NCBI GenBank assembly: GCA_045616665.1
Contig: JAZLHE010000044.1
Coordinates: forward strand, 1,944 to 65,943
Length of the DNA stretch: 64,000 bases
Direction: 5' to 3'
From: Bacteroidales bacterium
Lineage (GTDB): Bacteria > Bacteroidota > Bacteroidia > Bacteroidales > WCHB1-69
Of this stretch, positions 9,993 to 19,230 are shown piece by piece. A program made the position numbers and the translations under genes. Below the pieces are notes generated by a model, which had not been told where the DNA came from, did not search any database, and worked only from the letters and a program-made list of their open reading frames with translations. The first letter of the stretch is position 1, and every line of letters begins with the position of its first letter.

Positions 9993-11369
9993 ATGAAGAA
10001 AATAATTTTAACATTATTCTCATTGCTTTGTTTGTGGCAGTTGTCAGCACAGCGTGTGGAAGCGGATTGGGAATCCATCAAGACCAATCATCCCTATCCT
10101 CAATGGTTCAAGGATGCCAAATTGGGCATTTTTATCCATTGGGGTGTTTATTCTGTCCCTTCTTATTGCCATTCGGATGGTTATGCTGAATGGTATTATC
10201 GTGGATTGATGACCAATGACAGCAATCGTTTGGCATTCCAAAAAAAAAATTATGGAGAAAATTTCCAATACCGTGATTTTGACCGATTGTTCAAAGGGGA
10301 GTTGTTCAATGCCGATGAATGGGCAGATTTGTTTCAGCGTGCGGGAGCAAAATATGTGATTTTGGTGACAAAACATCACGATGGATATTGTATGTGGGAC
10401 AGTCGCTATGCAAAAAATTGGAATAGCGTGGAAGGCGGTCCCAAGCGCAATGTGGTGTCGGAAGTAACGGATGCGGTGCGTGCCAAGGGAATGAAGATGG
10501 GCTTTTACTATTCTCTGCCAGAATGGACCAATCCTTTGCATATTTGGTATGAAGACCCTAATGATTCCATTGGAAAATATGTGGAACAACATATGATTCC
10601 ACAGTTCAAAGAGCTGGTGTCTCGCTATAAACCCTCTTTGATTTTTGCAGATGGTGAATGGTTTAATTCTGCAGAGCAGTGGCACGCCAAGGAGTTGATT
10701 GCCTGGTATTACAATTTGGTCGGTTCAGAGGCTATTGTCAATGACCGTTGGGGTAGTGGAGCAGATTATGGTTTCAAAACCCCCGAGTATAAAGGTGCCA
10801 TTATGGACACGACACGTCCGTGGGCGGAATGTCGTGGTCTGGGACGTTCGTTTGCGCTAAATCGTGGTGAACCTATTGAAAATTACCTGACTTCTGATCA
10901 GCTGATTCGGCATTTTGTAAAGTTGGTGGCTGCCGGTGGCGGTATGACGTTGAATGTCGGACCAGCCGCGGATGGACAGATTCCGCTTTTACAGCAAGAA
11001 CGTTTGTTGGATTTGGGTAATTGGTTGGAAATCAACGGTGAAGCTATATATGGATCAAGACCTTATCAAAAAATGTATGAGAGTCGTGAAGTACAGGTTC
11101 AGGATGCGGATACCGTTAGAACCGTGTCAGAACCTTACGTTTGTTACACCACTCAGTTCGACGCATTGTATGCCATTGCTATGGAATATCCTGATGACCA
11201 GTTGGTTTTGAATATTCCTTCTCCTGCAAAAAATGCTAAAGTCGTTTTATTGGGTTGCGACAAGCAGTTGCGCTGGAAATACAAGAACCATCAGATGATT
11301 ATTGATACAAAGCCATTGAAGTATAGTGATTTGCATAGCACCGCTGCTTGGGTATTTAAAATATTTTGA
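9993..11369 (+). CDS. alpha-L-fucosidase (GH29)
   Basis: Signal peptide MKKIILTLFSLLCLWQLSAQ. GH29-like FIHWGVYSVP and KHHDGYCMWDS motifs. Confidence 0.85.
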   Translation: MKKIILTLFSLLCLWQLSAQRVEADWESIKTNHPYPQWFKDAKLGIFIHWGVYSVPSYCHSDGYAEWYYRGLMTNDSNRLAFQKKNYGENFQYRDFDRLFKGELFNADEWADLFQRAGAKYVILVTKHHDGYCMWDSRYAKNWNSVEGGPKRNVVSEVTDAVRAKGMKMGFYYSLPEWTNPLHIWYEDPNDSIGKYVEQHMIPQFKELVSRYKPSLIFADGEWFNSAEQWHAKELIAWYYNLVGSEAIVNDRWGSGADYGFKTPEYKGAIMDTTRPWAECRGLGRSFALNRGEPIENYLTSDQLIRHFVKLVAAGGGMTLNVGPAADGQIPLLQQERLLDLGNWLEINGEAIYGSRPYQKMYESREVQVQDADTVRTVSEPYVCYTTQFDALYAIAMEYPDDQLVLNIPSPAKNAKVVLLGCDKQLRWKYKNHQMIIDTKPLKYSDLHSTAAWVFKIF

Positions 11370-11390
11370 CCAGAAAATATTCCCCTTAAA

Positions 11391-12665
11391 TCACGGTTTC
11401 AAACAGGCAATAGGTACAACAAAAATTCCGTCTTTTCGTTGATAGGCGTATTGACCAACGGCAGTGACAATCATACAAAAGGCCGGTTCATTCATTCGTT
11501 GGGTATCAATGATTGACTTCAAGGAGTTGATGGAATGGGCGGCTTCCTCAATTTTGGTGTTACCGCCCAATTTGATTTCAATTAAGGCGTATTGTCCGTT
11601 GCGGCGGTGCAGTACTGTGTCGCATTCCAGTCCGTTGCTGTCGCGGTAATGATACAGTTTGCCATCTAATTTGTCGGCATAGACTCTTAGGTCGCGTACG
11701 GCCAAGTTCTCAAAAAACATACCGCAGGCTTTGAGGTCGTTTTTCAAGTCGTTAGGACCAATGCCTAAAGCAGCCGTGGCAATGCTGGGATCCATAAAAT
11801 ATCTATTGTCAGATGTGCGAATGATGGTTTTACTGCGAAGATTGGGGTTCCAGGAGGGCATATCCTCAATGGTGAATAATTTTTTTAAGGCATCTACGTA
11901 GTCTTTAACTGTTTCATCAGAAATATTTTGATTGTCATTGCTCTTGATATCTTGGCAAATGGTGCTGTATGGCACTTGGTGTCCTAAATTTCGTGCATAG
12001 GAATGTAAGATCAGCTTTGCACGTTCCGGACTTCTACGCGTATTGTCAACCCGCTTTATATCTACTTCTGTAATTGCGTCGTAGTAGTCCAATGCTTGGT
12101 CCAATGCAATTTTTTCGGACAAGAATGTGGCAGACGGCCATCCGCCACGGCAGATTAAAAAGGTAATGGCATCCAAGTCCAATTCGTTGGGAATGACATC
12201 AATGTCGCATCCGTCAAATAAGTCGCCTAAACTGACTTTTCCATTAGATTCTCCTGATTCAAAAAGACTCATTGTGCGCATTTTAAGGCGACTGATTCGG
12301 CCAGTTCCGCTGTGGACGGTTTTATAGGCTTCGGGCAAAACCGAAGATCCGGTTAGGATGAATTGTCCAGGATCACCCCGTTCATCCACTTCACTTCGTA
12401 TCATATCCCAAATTTCCGGAATGGTTTGCCATTCGTCAAATAAGCGCGGAACGGCTCCAAGTAGAATTTGTTCCGGGGCAACGTCTAAAGCATCAAGAGT
12501 ATTTAGTAAAACAGAAGTTTTGCCTAACATCAAGGTGCTTTTGGCTATCCGTTTGGCCGTGGTAGTTTTGCCGCACCATTTGGGTCCGTCTATCAATACG
12601 GCGCCTTTCCCTTCCAATTTTCGCAGTAGCATTTCGTCGGAAATTCGATACTTGTATGCTTTCAT
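11391..12665 (-). CDS. Orphan AAA+ ATPase (AAA_14 + DUF4143-type)
   Basis: 424 aa. Walker A GPKWCGKTT, Walker B-like LFDEWQ, FILTGSS and SGRISRLKMRTMSLFE motifs typical of this family. AT-rich relative to its neighbours. Confidence 0.75.
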   Translation of the reverse strand: MKAYKYRISDEMLLRKLEGKGAVLIDGPKWCGKTTTAKRIAKSTLMLGKTSVLLNTLDALDVAPEQILLGAVPRLFDEWQTIPEIWDMIRSEVDERGDPGQFILTGSSVLPEAYKTVHSGTGRISRLKMRTMSLFESGESNGKVSLGDLFDGCDIDVIPNELDLDAITFLICRGGWPSATFLSEKIALDQALDYYDAITEVDIKRVDNTRRSPERAKLILHSYARNLGHQVPYSTICQDIKSNDNQNISDETVKDYVDALKKLFTIEDMPSWNPNLRSKTIIRTSDNRYFMDPSIATAALGIGPNDLKNDLKACGMFFENLAVRDLRVYADKLDGKLYHYRDSNGLECDTVLHRRNGQYALIEIKLGGNTKIEEAAHSINSLKSIIDTQRMNEPAFCMIVTAVGQYAYQRKDGIFVVPIACLKP

Positions 12666-12689
12666 TTTCTTGATGATTTAAAATTTCTG

Positions 12690-12697
12690 CAAAAGTA
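12690..12697 (-). promoter_or_regulatory. -7 box (TACTTTTG on minus strand) for the DUF4143-type ATPase
   Basis: The reverse complement of caaaagta matches TAnnTTTG, about 25 nt upstream of the ATG at 12665. Confidence 0.5.
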
Positions 12698-12735
12698 CTA
12701 AAAATAAATGATATAAATGATAAAATAAATAAATT

Positions 12736-13004
12736 TTCGGTAATTTATAGATGTTTTATTCGGTAAATTGTAGAGATTACATTCGGTAAAATATAGTAGA
12801 TTTGTTTGGTAAATTGTAGCGTATTTAGTCGTTAAATTATAGCAATTACATTCGGTAAAACATAGTGAATTTATTCGGTAAATTGTAGCGTGTTTATTCG
12901 GTAAATTATAGCGATTACATTCGGTTAAATATAGTGAATTTATTCGGTGAAATATAGTGAATTTATTCGGTAAATTGTCGTTTTGTTGTTTGGTAAATTG
13001 TACC
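12736..13004. repeat. Tandem array: 11 full + 1 partial copies of a degenerate 23-bp unit (TTCGGTAAAWTRTAGYGAWTTWM) with 69-bp higher-order periodicity
   Basis: Unit starts read off the sequence at 12736, 12759, 12782, 12805, 12828, 12851, 12874, 12897, 12920, 12943, 12966 and 12989, an exact 23-bp spacing. Units at 12759, 12828 and 12897 share the ...attaca ending. Confidence 0.9.
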
Positions 13005-13219
13005 TGGCGATTTAAAGAAATCGTATCGAAAAGTTGTCTAAAGATTAAGCCGATAGAGAGTTGTTCGCTTAGAAAGTCCACTGTCAGCAGCGGTAAAATC
13101 AATTGTCGTTCTTCGTGAAATGCAATGGCTTAGAACGATAAAAGTCCCTCGCACTTGTCTTATGCCTTATATTCTTTGCTCTTTCAAGTTTTGCAAGTGA
13201 CACATCACGGGAATGCCGT

Positions 13220-13945
13220 TTATTTTAAATATTTTTTGGAAAAGATGTTGTATTTCAAAATGCAGTAAATGGCTCGAAATCCGTCTTTCCATCCAATTTT
13301 TTTGCCTTCTTCGTAAGTTCTACCATAATAGGAAATCCCTACTTCGTAAATTCTAATTCCTTTGAAACGTGCGATTTTTGCCGTTACTTCCGGTTCAAAA
13401 CCGAATCTGTTTTCCTGAAAATAGATGCTTTTGATAATGTCGGCGCGAAATAACTTGTAGCAGGTTTCCATATCGGTGAGGTTCAGATTGGAAAACATAT
13501 TGGAGAGAAAAGTGAGGAAACGGTTGCCGTGAGAATGCCAGAAAAAGAGAATGCGATGGGCATTTCCACCCAGATAGCGCGAACCGTAAACCACATCGGC
13601 AAATCCGTCAACGACTGGCTTGAGTAACAAGTTGTATTCCTCTGGATCGTATTCAAGGTCGGCATCTTGCACGATAACGTAGTCACCGGTGGCTTCATTG
13701 AAACCACGGTGCAGTGCCGCCCCTTTCCCCATATTGCGTGCTTGTTCGTAATAATGCATTTCGACATCCTGATGAGCGGAAATGTAGTCGGCAATGACTT
13801 GCTTGGATTGGTCTTTTGAACCGTCATCCACCAAGATTATCTCTTTGGTAAAGCCATCTATTAGGTTGACAGCTAATATTTTATCAAGTATTAGGTGGAT
13901 GGTTTTTTCTTCATTGTAAACAGGAATGACGATGGATAATTTCAT
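13220..13945 (-). CDS. Family 2 glycosyltransferase (polyprenol-phosphate sugar transferase-like)
   Basis: Start at [13 protein letters not shown] (ATG 13945), 18 nt after a -7 box. DxD-type QDADLEYDP motif. Confidence 0.8.
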   Translation of the reverse strand: MKLSIVIPVYNEEKTIHLILDKILAVNLIDGFTKEIILVDDGSKDQSKQVIADYISAHQDVEMHYYEQARNMGKGAALHRGFNEATGDYVIVQDADLEYDPEEYNLLLKPVVDGFADVVYGSRYLGGNAHRILFFWHSHGNRFLTFLSNMFSNLNLTDMETCYKLFRADIIKSIYFQENRFGFEPEVTAKIARFKGIRIYEVGISYYGRTYEEGKKIGWKDGFRAIYCILKYNIFSKKYLK

Positions 13946-13962
13946 AAAAAGCAATTTGTGGA

Positions 13963-13970
13963 CAAAGGTA
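13963..13970 (-). promoter_or_regulatory. -7 box (TACCTTTG on minus strand) for the GT2 gene
   Basis: The reverse complement of caaaggta matches TAnnTTTG. Confidence 0.45.
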
Positions 13971-13983
13971 CGAATATTTTTTG

Positions 13984-13991
13984 TATTTTTG
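13984..13991 (+). promoter_or_regulatory. -7 box TATTTTTG for tRNA-Pro
   Basis: Matches TAnnTTTG, about 30 nt upstream of the tRNA 5' end. Confidence 0.5.
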
Positions 13992-14020
13992 CAGCGTCAT
14001 TTGCGAACGTAAATGCTTTT

Positions 14021-14093
14021 CGGGGTGTAGCGCAGTTGGTAGCGCGCTACGTTCGGGACGTAGAGGCCGCAAGTTCGAGTCTTGTCACCCCGA
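14021..14093 (+). tRNA. tRNA-Pro (anticodon CGG)
   Basis: Cloverleaf folded by hand: acceptor cggggtg/caccccg, D-arm gcgc-agttggta-gcgc, anticodon arm ctacg-ttCGGga-cgtag, T-arm gcaag-ttcgagt-cttgt. No encoded CCA. Confidence 0.9.
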
Positions 14094-14098
14094 CAAGC

Positions 14099-14130
14099 AA
14101 AAAAGGGAAGGTTCAAACCTTCCCTTTTTA
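14099..14130. terminator. Bidirectional terminator hairpin between tRNA-Pro and hbd
   Basis: aaaagggaaggtt...aaccttccctttt palindrome flanked by A- and T-runs. Confidence 0.6.
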
Positions 14131-14132
14131 TA

Positions 14133-14969
14133 TTAGTATTTGTAGAAGCCTTCGCCAGTTTTTCTACCGAGCAAACCGGCACGGACCATCTTTCTCAACA
14201 GGGGATGCGGACGGTATTTTGGATCGCCAAATTCATTGTAAAGAACTTCCATAATCGCCAAGTTGACATCGTTGCCGATAAGGTCTGCCAATGCCAATGG
14301 ACCCATTGGGTGGTTGGCCCCTAACATCATACATTTGTCAATGTCTTCGGCAGAAGCAATGCCATCAGCCAAGATGCCAACGGCTTCGTTAATCATAGGA
14401 ATTAAGATGCGGTTTACGACAAAACCAGGAGCTTCGTTGACCAAAACGGGAGTCTTGCCGATTGAAGTGGCCAAATCGACGATTTGCTTGCAAACGTCTT
14501 CTGAAGTAACTTGGCCTTTGATCACTTCAACCAATGCCATACGGTCGGCTGGATTGAAGAAGTGCATACCGATGAACTGGCTTGGACGAGAAGTGCAAGC
14601 TGCGATTTCGGTGATAGATAAAGAAGAAGAGTTGGTGGCGAAAATGGTTTCGGCTTTGCAAATCTTGTCTAATTCGGTGAAAACATCCTTTTTCAACTGC
14701 ATATCTTCAACAGCCGCTTCGATAACTAAATCGGCATCAGCAAAAGCAGCATAGTCGGTTGTCGTGGTGATGTTTTTCATGATGGCATCAACGGCGTCTT
14801 GGGTAAGTTTGCCTTTTTCAACCAATTTTGCGTATCCTTTTGCAAAAGAAGCCATTGCTTTGTCCAAGCTGGCTTGTGTTCTACTTTTCATAACAACGGG
14901 CATTTTGGCGGCGAAAGCCTTTACGATACCTTTTGCCATAGTTCCGGTTCCAATAACACAGATTTTCAT
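14133..14969 (-). CDS. hbd: 3-hydroxybutyryl-CoA dehydrogenase
   Basis: 278 aa. N-terminal GTGTMAKG Rossmann motif and 3HCDH N- and C-domain-like sequence. Adjacent to crotonase. Confidence 0.9.
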   Translation of the reverse strand: MKICVIGTGTMAKGIVKAFAAKMPVVMKSRTQASLDKAMASFAKGYAKLVEKGKLTQDAVDAIMKNITTTTDYAAFADADLVIEAAVEDMQLKKDVFTELDKICKAETIFATNSSSLSITEIAACTSRPSQFIGMHFFNPADRMALVEVIKGQVTSEDVCKQIVDLATSIGKTPVLVNEAPGFVVNRILIPMINEAVGILADGIASAEDIDKCMMLGANHPMGPLALADLIGNDVNLAIMEVLYNEFGDPKYRPHPLLRKMVRAGLLGRKTGEGFYKY

Positions 14970-15088
14970 AGTAATATATTTTTTAAGGTTGTAATTAATA
15001 TTTGTGATAAGTTTATAAATGATTGTCTTTTCAGTGTTTTATTTTGAATAATAAACTGAATTCTCTTTTCGGTCTGCCTTTTGCAGTA

Positions 15089-15865
15089 TTATTCATTAAT
15101 AAATTCGGCTGGACGTTTGGTAAGGAAGGCTGTCATTCCTTCTTTCTGGTCTTTGGTGGCAAAGCATTGTCCGAACATTTTATTTTCGTATGCGATGGCG
15201 TCGTCGGCATTGAGGTCATATTCGGCATTGATACATTGTTTGGCATATTTGATGGCGATTGGTGCCATTGCACAAATTTTACCTGCCATCGTTTGGGCGG
15301 CCGTCATCAGTTCTTCGCGAGGATAAACGGCATTTACCAAACCAATGCGCAAGGCTTCATCTGCGCGGATGGCTTTGCCCGTGTAAATCATTTCCTTGGC
15401 ATAGCCCATTCCTACCAATTTGGCTAAACGGTAAGTGCCTGAAAAACCTGGAATAATGCCCAAACCAACTTCTGGTTGGCCGAACTTGGCATTGTCGGAA
15501 CAGATCCGGATGTCACAAGCCATAGCCAGTTCGCAGCCGCCACCCAGGGCAAATCCATTAACAGCAGCAATGACGGGAATGGGTAAGGTTTCGATTTTAC
15601 GGAACACTTGCGCACCCAAACGACCAAAATTTTCGCCTTCCGAGGCATTAAGATTTTGCATTTCACTGATGTCGGCCCCTGCCACAAACGATTTTTCGCC
15701 ATCTCCCGTGATGATTAAAACTTTAATTTGTGAATCGATATGATCAACGAAATCACCCAATTCTCTCAAAATGGTGGAATTAAGTGCGTTTAATGACTTT
15801 GGCGCAGAAATAGTGAGCGTGCAAATCTCCTTTTCCGTATTGATTTTTAAAAAATTATATTCCAT
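15089..15865 (-). CDS. crt: Short-chain enoyl-CoA hydratase (crotonase)
   Basis: 258 aa. ECH-family GGGCELAMACD motif. Upstream of hbd on the same strand. Confidence 0.88.
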   Translation of the reverse strand: MEYNFLKINTEKEICTLTISAPKSLNALNSTILRELGDFVDHIDSQIKVLIITGDGEKSFVAGADISEMQNLNASEGENFGRLGAQVFRKIETLPIPVIAAVNGFALGGGCELAMACDIRICSDNAKFGQPEVGLGIIPGFSGTYRLAKLVGMGYAKEMIYTGKAIRADEALRIGLVNAVYPREELMTAAQTMAGKICAMAPIAIKYAKQCINAEYDLNADDAIAYENKMFGQCFATKDQKEGMTAFLTKRPAEFINE

Positions 15866-15893
15866 AAAATGATTAGTTTTAAATTTTCAATCT

Positions 15894-15901
15894 GCAAATT
15901 T
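15894..15901 (-). promoter_or_regulatory. -7 box (TAAATTTG on minus strand) for crt-hbd
   Basis: The reverse complement of caaattta matches TAnnTTTG, about 30 nt upstream of the crt ATG. Confidence 0.5.
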
Positions 15902-16000
15902 ACGCAAAACTTTTGGATTATTCATCGACATAAAGAAAAAAATAACTTTAGGCAGATTCAATTAGCAAGCACGACAAAATTACAAAAGAAACACTTCCCG

Positions 16001-16025
16001 GCTGACTTCGGTCAGCTTTTTTTTT
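16001..16025 (+). terminator. Orphan terminator-like hairpin + T9 run in a divergent intergenic region
   Basis: gctgac-ttcg-gtcagc followed by ttttttttt. No plus-strand CDS lies upstream of it. Confidence 0.4.
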
Positions 16026-16108
16026 CTTCTTTTTTATAACTTTCTTAGTTGAACTTATGAAGGAATATGTCATAACAGGACGAAAAGGGATAATTCCGAA
16101 AAAAATTG

Positions 16109-16116
16109 TATTTTTG
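16109..16116 (+). promoter_or_regulatory. -7 box TATTTTTG for the nucleotidyltransferase gene
   Basis: Matches TAnnTTTG, 22 nt upstream of ATG 16138. Argues against the longer ORF-track start at 16057. Confidence 0.5.
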
Positions 16117-16137
16117 CAAATTAAACTTATAAAAGTT

Positions 16138-17010
16138 ATGAAACCGACTTTATTGATACTTGCTGCCGGAATGGGCAGCCGATACGGAGGATTGAAACAA
16201 TTGGACCATCTCGGGTCCAACGGAGAAACCATTATGGACTATTCGGTCAGCGATGCCATAGCGGCAGGTTATGGCAAGGTGGTTTTCGTCATCCGAAAAA
16301 GTATGGAAGATGATTTTAAGAAGTTTATTCTCAGCAAATACTGCGACAAAATAGCCACGGACTATGTCTTTCAGGAATTGGATGCTTTGCCAGATGGATT
16401 TTCGGTTAACCCGGAACGTGTAAAGCCGTACGGTACCGCACACGCTATCCTGATGGCAAAAGATGCCATCCACGAACCGTTTACTGTTATTAATGCGGAC
16501 GATTTTTATGGTAAAAACAGCTTTAGGACGATGTCCCAATTTTTACTGCAAAAGCAAGATTGCGATCGTCCACAATTTTCAATGGTGGGTTACCAACTTC
16601 GCAATACGCTGTCAGAACACGGATCGGTTTCGCGCGGGGTTTGCCAAACCGACAATCAGCATAATTTGATAGGCATTACCGAAATGACCAAAATCAGTCG
16701 TACGGCAAACGGTATTCAGAATGTTGACGATAACGGAATCACAGACTTGGCCGAAGATACGATCGTTTCGATGAATTTCTGGGGATTTACCCCCTGTTTT
16801 TTCGAATGCCTTCAGGATATGTTCATCGATTTTCTGAAGAAAAACAATGACAATCCGAAGTCTGAATTTCAGATTCCGACAGTGGTTAACCATTTTTTGC
16901 AGAGTAAGACAGCGGATATCAAGGTTTTGGTTACCGATGCCCAGTGGTTCGGCGTTACTTATCAGGAAGATCGTCCTCTCGTGGTTGAAAAATTAAAAAA
17001 TCTCCGATAG
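16138..17010 (+). CDS. Sugar-phosphate nucleotidyltransferase family protein
   Basis: Start at MKPTLLILAAGMGSRYGGLKQLD, a G-rich NTP-transferase signature LxxAGxGxR. Confidence 0.75.
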   Translation: MKPTLLILAAGMGSRYGGLKQLDHLGSNGETIMDYSVSDAIAAGYGKVVFVIRKSMEDDFKKFILSKYCDKIATDYVFQELDALPDGFSVNPERVKPYGTAHAILMAKDAIHEPFTVINADDFYGKNSFRTMSQFLLQKQDCDRPQFSMVGYQLRNTLSEHGSVSRGVCQTDNQHNLIGITEMTKISRTANGIQNVDDNGITDLAEDTIVSMNFWGFTPCFFECLQDMFIDFLKKNNDNPKSEFQIPTVVNHFLQSKTADIKVLVTDAQWFGVTYQEDRPLVVEKLKNLR

Positions 17011-17013
17011 TCG

Positions 17014-17775
17014 ATGCGATACTTTATGCGATTGGCATTCAACGGCACTCCTTTTTTTGGTTGGCAAATGCAACCGAAAAATGTCAGCGTGCAGGGAACT
17101 ATCGAAAACGCCTTGAGTCTGTTGTTGCAAGTCCGCGATGAACAGGGACAGTGTGAACGTGTTGCCATCACGGGGTGCGGCCGTACCGACACAGGTGTGC
17201 ACGCCCGTGACTATACGGCTCATTTTGATTGTCCCTTCGAGCTGGAGGCGGACCGATGTCGCCAATTGGTCAACAAACTCAACAGTTTTTTGCCCAAGGA
17301 AATCGTCATTTTTGATATTTTCCCGGTGGCGGACACCGCTCATGCCCGCTTTGATGCCATAGACCGTACCTATCGCTATTATGTCAACATCAAAAAAGAC
17401 GCTTTCTCTTTTCCTTACGCCTATCGCGTTTTTGAAAAATTAGATGTCGAAAAAATGAACGAAGCGGCTCAACTGCTTCTTCAAAACGAAGATTTCACAA
17501 GTTTTTCAAAAGTCCACACGCAAGTCAACAATATGCGCTGCAAAGTGACACGGGCACAATGGCTGCAAAAGGACGGTCAACTTGTTTTTGAAATTACGGC
17601 CAATCGTTTTCTTCGTAATATGGTTCGGGCCATCGTTGGCACACTGCTGCAAGTGGGGAAAGGCCGTCTGTCTGTAAATGATTTTCAACAGATTATACTC
17701 AAAAAAAATCGATGTGAAGCAGGTGATTCTGCACCTGCTCACGCACTTTTTTTAGAAAATGTCCGTTATGAATAA
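17014..17775 (+). CDS. truA: tRNA pseudouridine(38-40) synthase
   Basis: 253 aa. Catalytic GCGRTDTGVHA motif. Confidence 0.93.
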   Translation: MRYFMRLAFNGTPFFGWQMQPKNVSVQGTIENALSLLLQVRDEQGQCERVAITGCGRTDTGVHARDYTAHFDCPFELEADRCRQLVNKLNSFLPKEIVIFDIFPVADTAHARFDAIDRTYRYYVNIKKDAFSFPYAYRVFEKLDVEKMNEAAQLLLQNEDFTSFSKVHTQVNNMRCKVTRAQWLQKDGQLVFEITANRFLRNMVRAIVGTLLQVGKGRLSVNDFQQIILKKNRCEAGDSAPAHALFLENVRYE

Positions 17776-17800
17776 GGCATAACCATTAACTTTGTCCGAT

Positions 17801-19216
17801 ATGACGAAAAAGATCGCTTATTATATTTTGGGATTAATTTTACTTGGCGGAATGCCCTGGGGATGCAACAAACCTGTTTTTGACGAAGTTCAACTGCAAT
17901 TTTCCACATCCTTTATCACTTTTGACACGGTTTTTACCACTTTGGGTTCCACGACCCGACAATTTACCGTTTACAATCCTTCTGAGCAGGATTTGAAAGT
18001 GGATGTCTTTTTGGGCGGTGGCAACCGATCTTCTTACAGTTTAAATGTCAATGGGGTGGCTGGAAACCAACAACAAGGTGTCGTCATTCCCGCCAAAGAC
18101 AGCATTTTTGTCTTTGTCAAAGTCACCATTAATCCAGGCAATGTCAATCAACCGTTCTTGGTCAGCGACTCCATTGTATTTCAAAACGGCCAAATTCAAC
18201 AGCAGGTCAATTTAACGGCATACGGACAAGATGCTCATTTTATCGTTGCAGATCCGGCTTCCGGTATCAAGGTGGTGGCTGCCGAGGGTGAGATTGTCAC
18301 GTGGCACAACGATAAACCCTACGTGGTTTTTGGCGGGTGGGCTGCTGTCGATTCCTTGGGCACCCTGAATATTGAGCCTGGAACGCGAATCTATTTCCAC
18401 AAAGGTAGCGGACTTTTGGTTTGGCGCTATGGCAACATCCACGTCAACGGCACCAAAGAGCATCCGGTGATTTTCAGAGGGGATCGCTTAGAAGCCCAAT
18501 ACGATGCCGACTGTAATCAATGGGACCGTATCTGGATTCTGGAAGGAAGTGAGGAAAACACCATCAATTACGCCGTTATCAGCAATGCTTTTGTCGGACT
18601 ACAAATCGAGCCTTGGGGCGGTTACGACGAAATTACCGTCACAGGCAACCGTACCGTCATCACAAACACCATCATCAAAAGCACCTTGAACAGCGGCATT
18701 GTGGCACGATATTCTAATATTGAAGCCACCAACTGCGTCATTGCCAACAACGGCAGCTGCAGTTTGCAGTTGGAGGGCGGTGAATACGACTTCAAACACG
18801 TCACTGTCGGCAACTACTACAACGGAACTCCCGCCCGCAAAAATCCGGGACTTTACCTTAGCAATACAACTCAACTCTATGGCGCACCAATGGAAACTTC
18901 GGCCAATTTTACCAACTGCATTATTTACGGCAATATCAGTTCAGGCGAAGAAATCGTTGTCGCCGAAAACGATGCGGTTCCTTTCCACTATAACTTTGAA
19001 CACTGTCTGGTCAAGTCAAGTATTGCCAATGACCGTTTTGTCAATTGCCACACGGGAGATCCATATTTTGTCAATCCAAGCCAAAACGATTACCATCTGA
19101 GAGCACTTTCGTACGCCATTAATCGAGGCAAAATCAATATCGGCGTTTATGACGACTTGGACGGTAATCTTCGTTCAAATATTCCCGACATTGGTGCCTA
19201 CGAATATGTACCATAA
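17801..19216 (+). CDS. Lipoprotein with right-handed beta-helix-like repeats (function unknown)
   Basis: ATG at 17801 (MTKKIAYYILGLILLGGMPWGC lipobox). Repeated N/G/I-rich beta-helix-like segments. Confidence 0.5.
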   Translation: MTKKIAYYILGLILLGGMPWGCNKPVFDEVQLQFSTSFITFDTVFTTLGSTTRQFTVYNPSEQDLKVDVFLGGGNRSSYSLNVNGVAGNQQQGVVIPAKDSIFVFVKVTINPGNVNQPFLVSDSIVFQNGQIQQQVNLTAYGQDAHFIVADPASGIKVVAAEGEIVTWHNDKPYVVFGGWAAVDSLGTLNIEPGTRIYFHKGSGLLVWRYGNIHVNGTKEHPVIFRGDRLEAQYDADCNQWDRIWILEGSEENTINYAVISNAFVGLQIEPWGGYDEITVTGNRTVITNTIIKSTLNSGIVARYSNIEATNCVIANNGSCSLQLEGGEYDFKHVTVGNYYNGTPARKNPGLYLSNTTQLYGAPMETSANFTNCIIYGNISSGEEIVVAENDAVPFHYNFEHCLVKSSIANDRFVNCHTGDPYFVNPSQNDYHLRALSYAINRGKINIGVYDDLDGNLRSNIPDIGAYEYVP

Positions 19217-19230
19217 AACACAACTGACCT

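Noticed and set aside
12736-13004. Possible CRISPR array
   Set aside because: The repeats abut directly with no unique spacers, the units are only 23 bp and degenerate, and there are no cas genes in the window.
12698-13102. 134-aa minus-strand ORF reading through the 23-bp repeat array
   Set aside because: It has a TTG start and no promoter box. The open frame is explained by the 69-bp (3 x 23) periodicity, with the same unit read in three frames. I treat it as probably non-coding but flag it inside the repeat finding because this cannot be excluded without expression data.
14133-15865. crt-hbd as evidence of a complete butyrate pathway locus
   Set aside because: Only two pathway genes are present. 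No bcd/etf, thiolase or CoA-transferase lies in the window, so nothing can be concluded about the pathway from this sequence alone.
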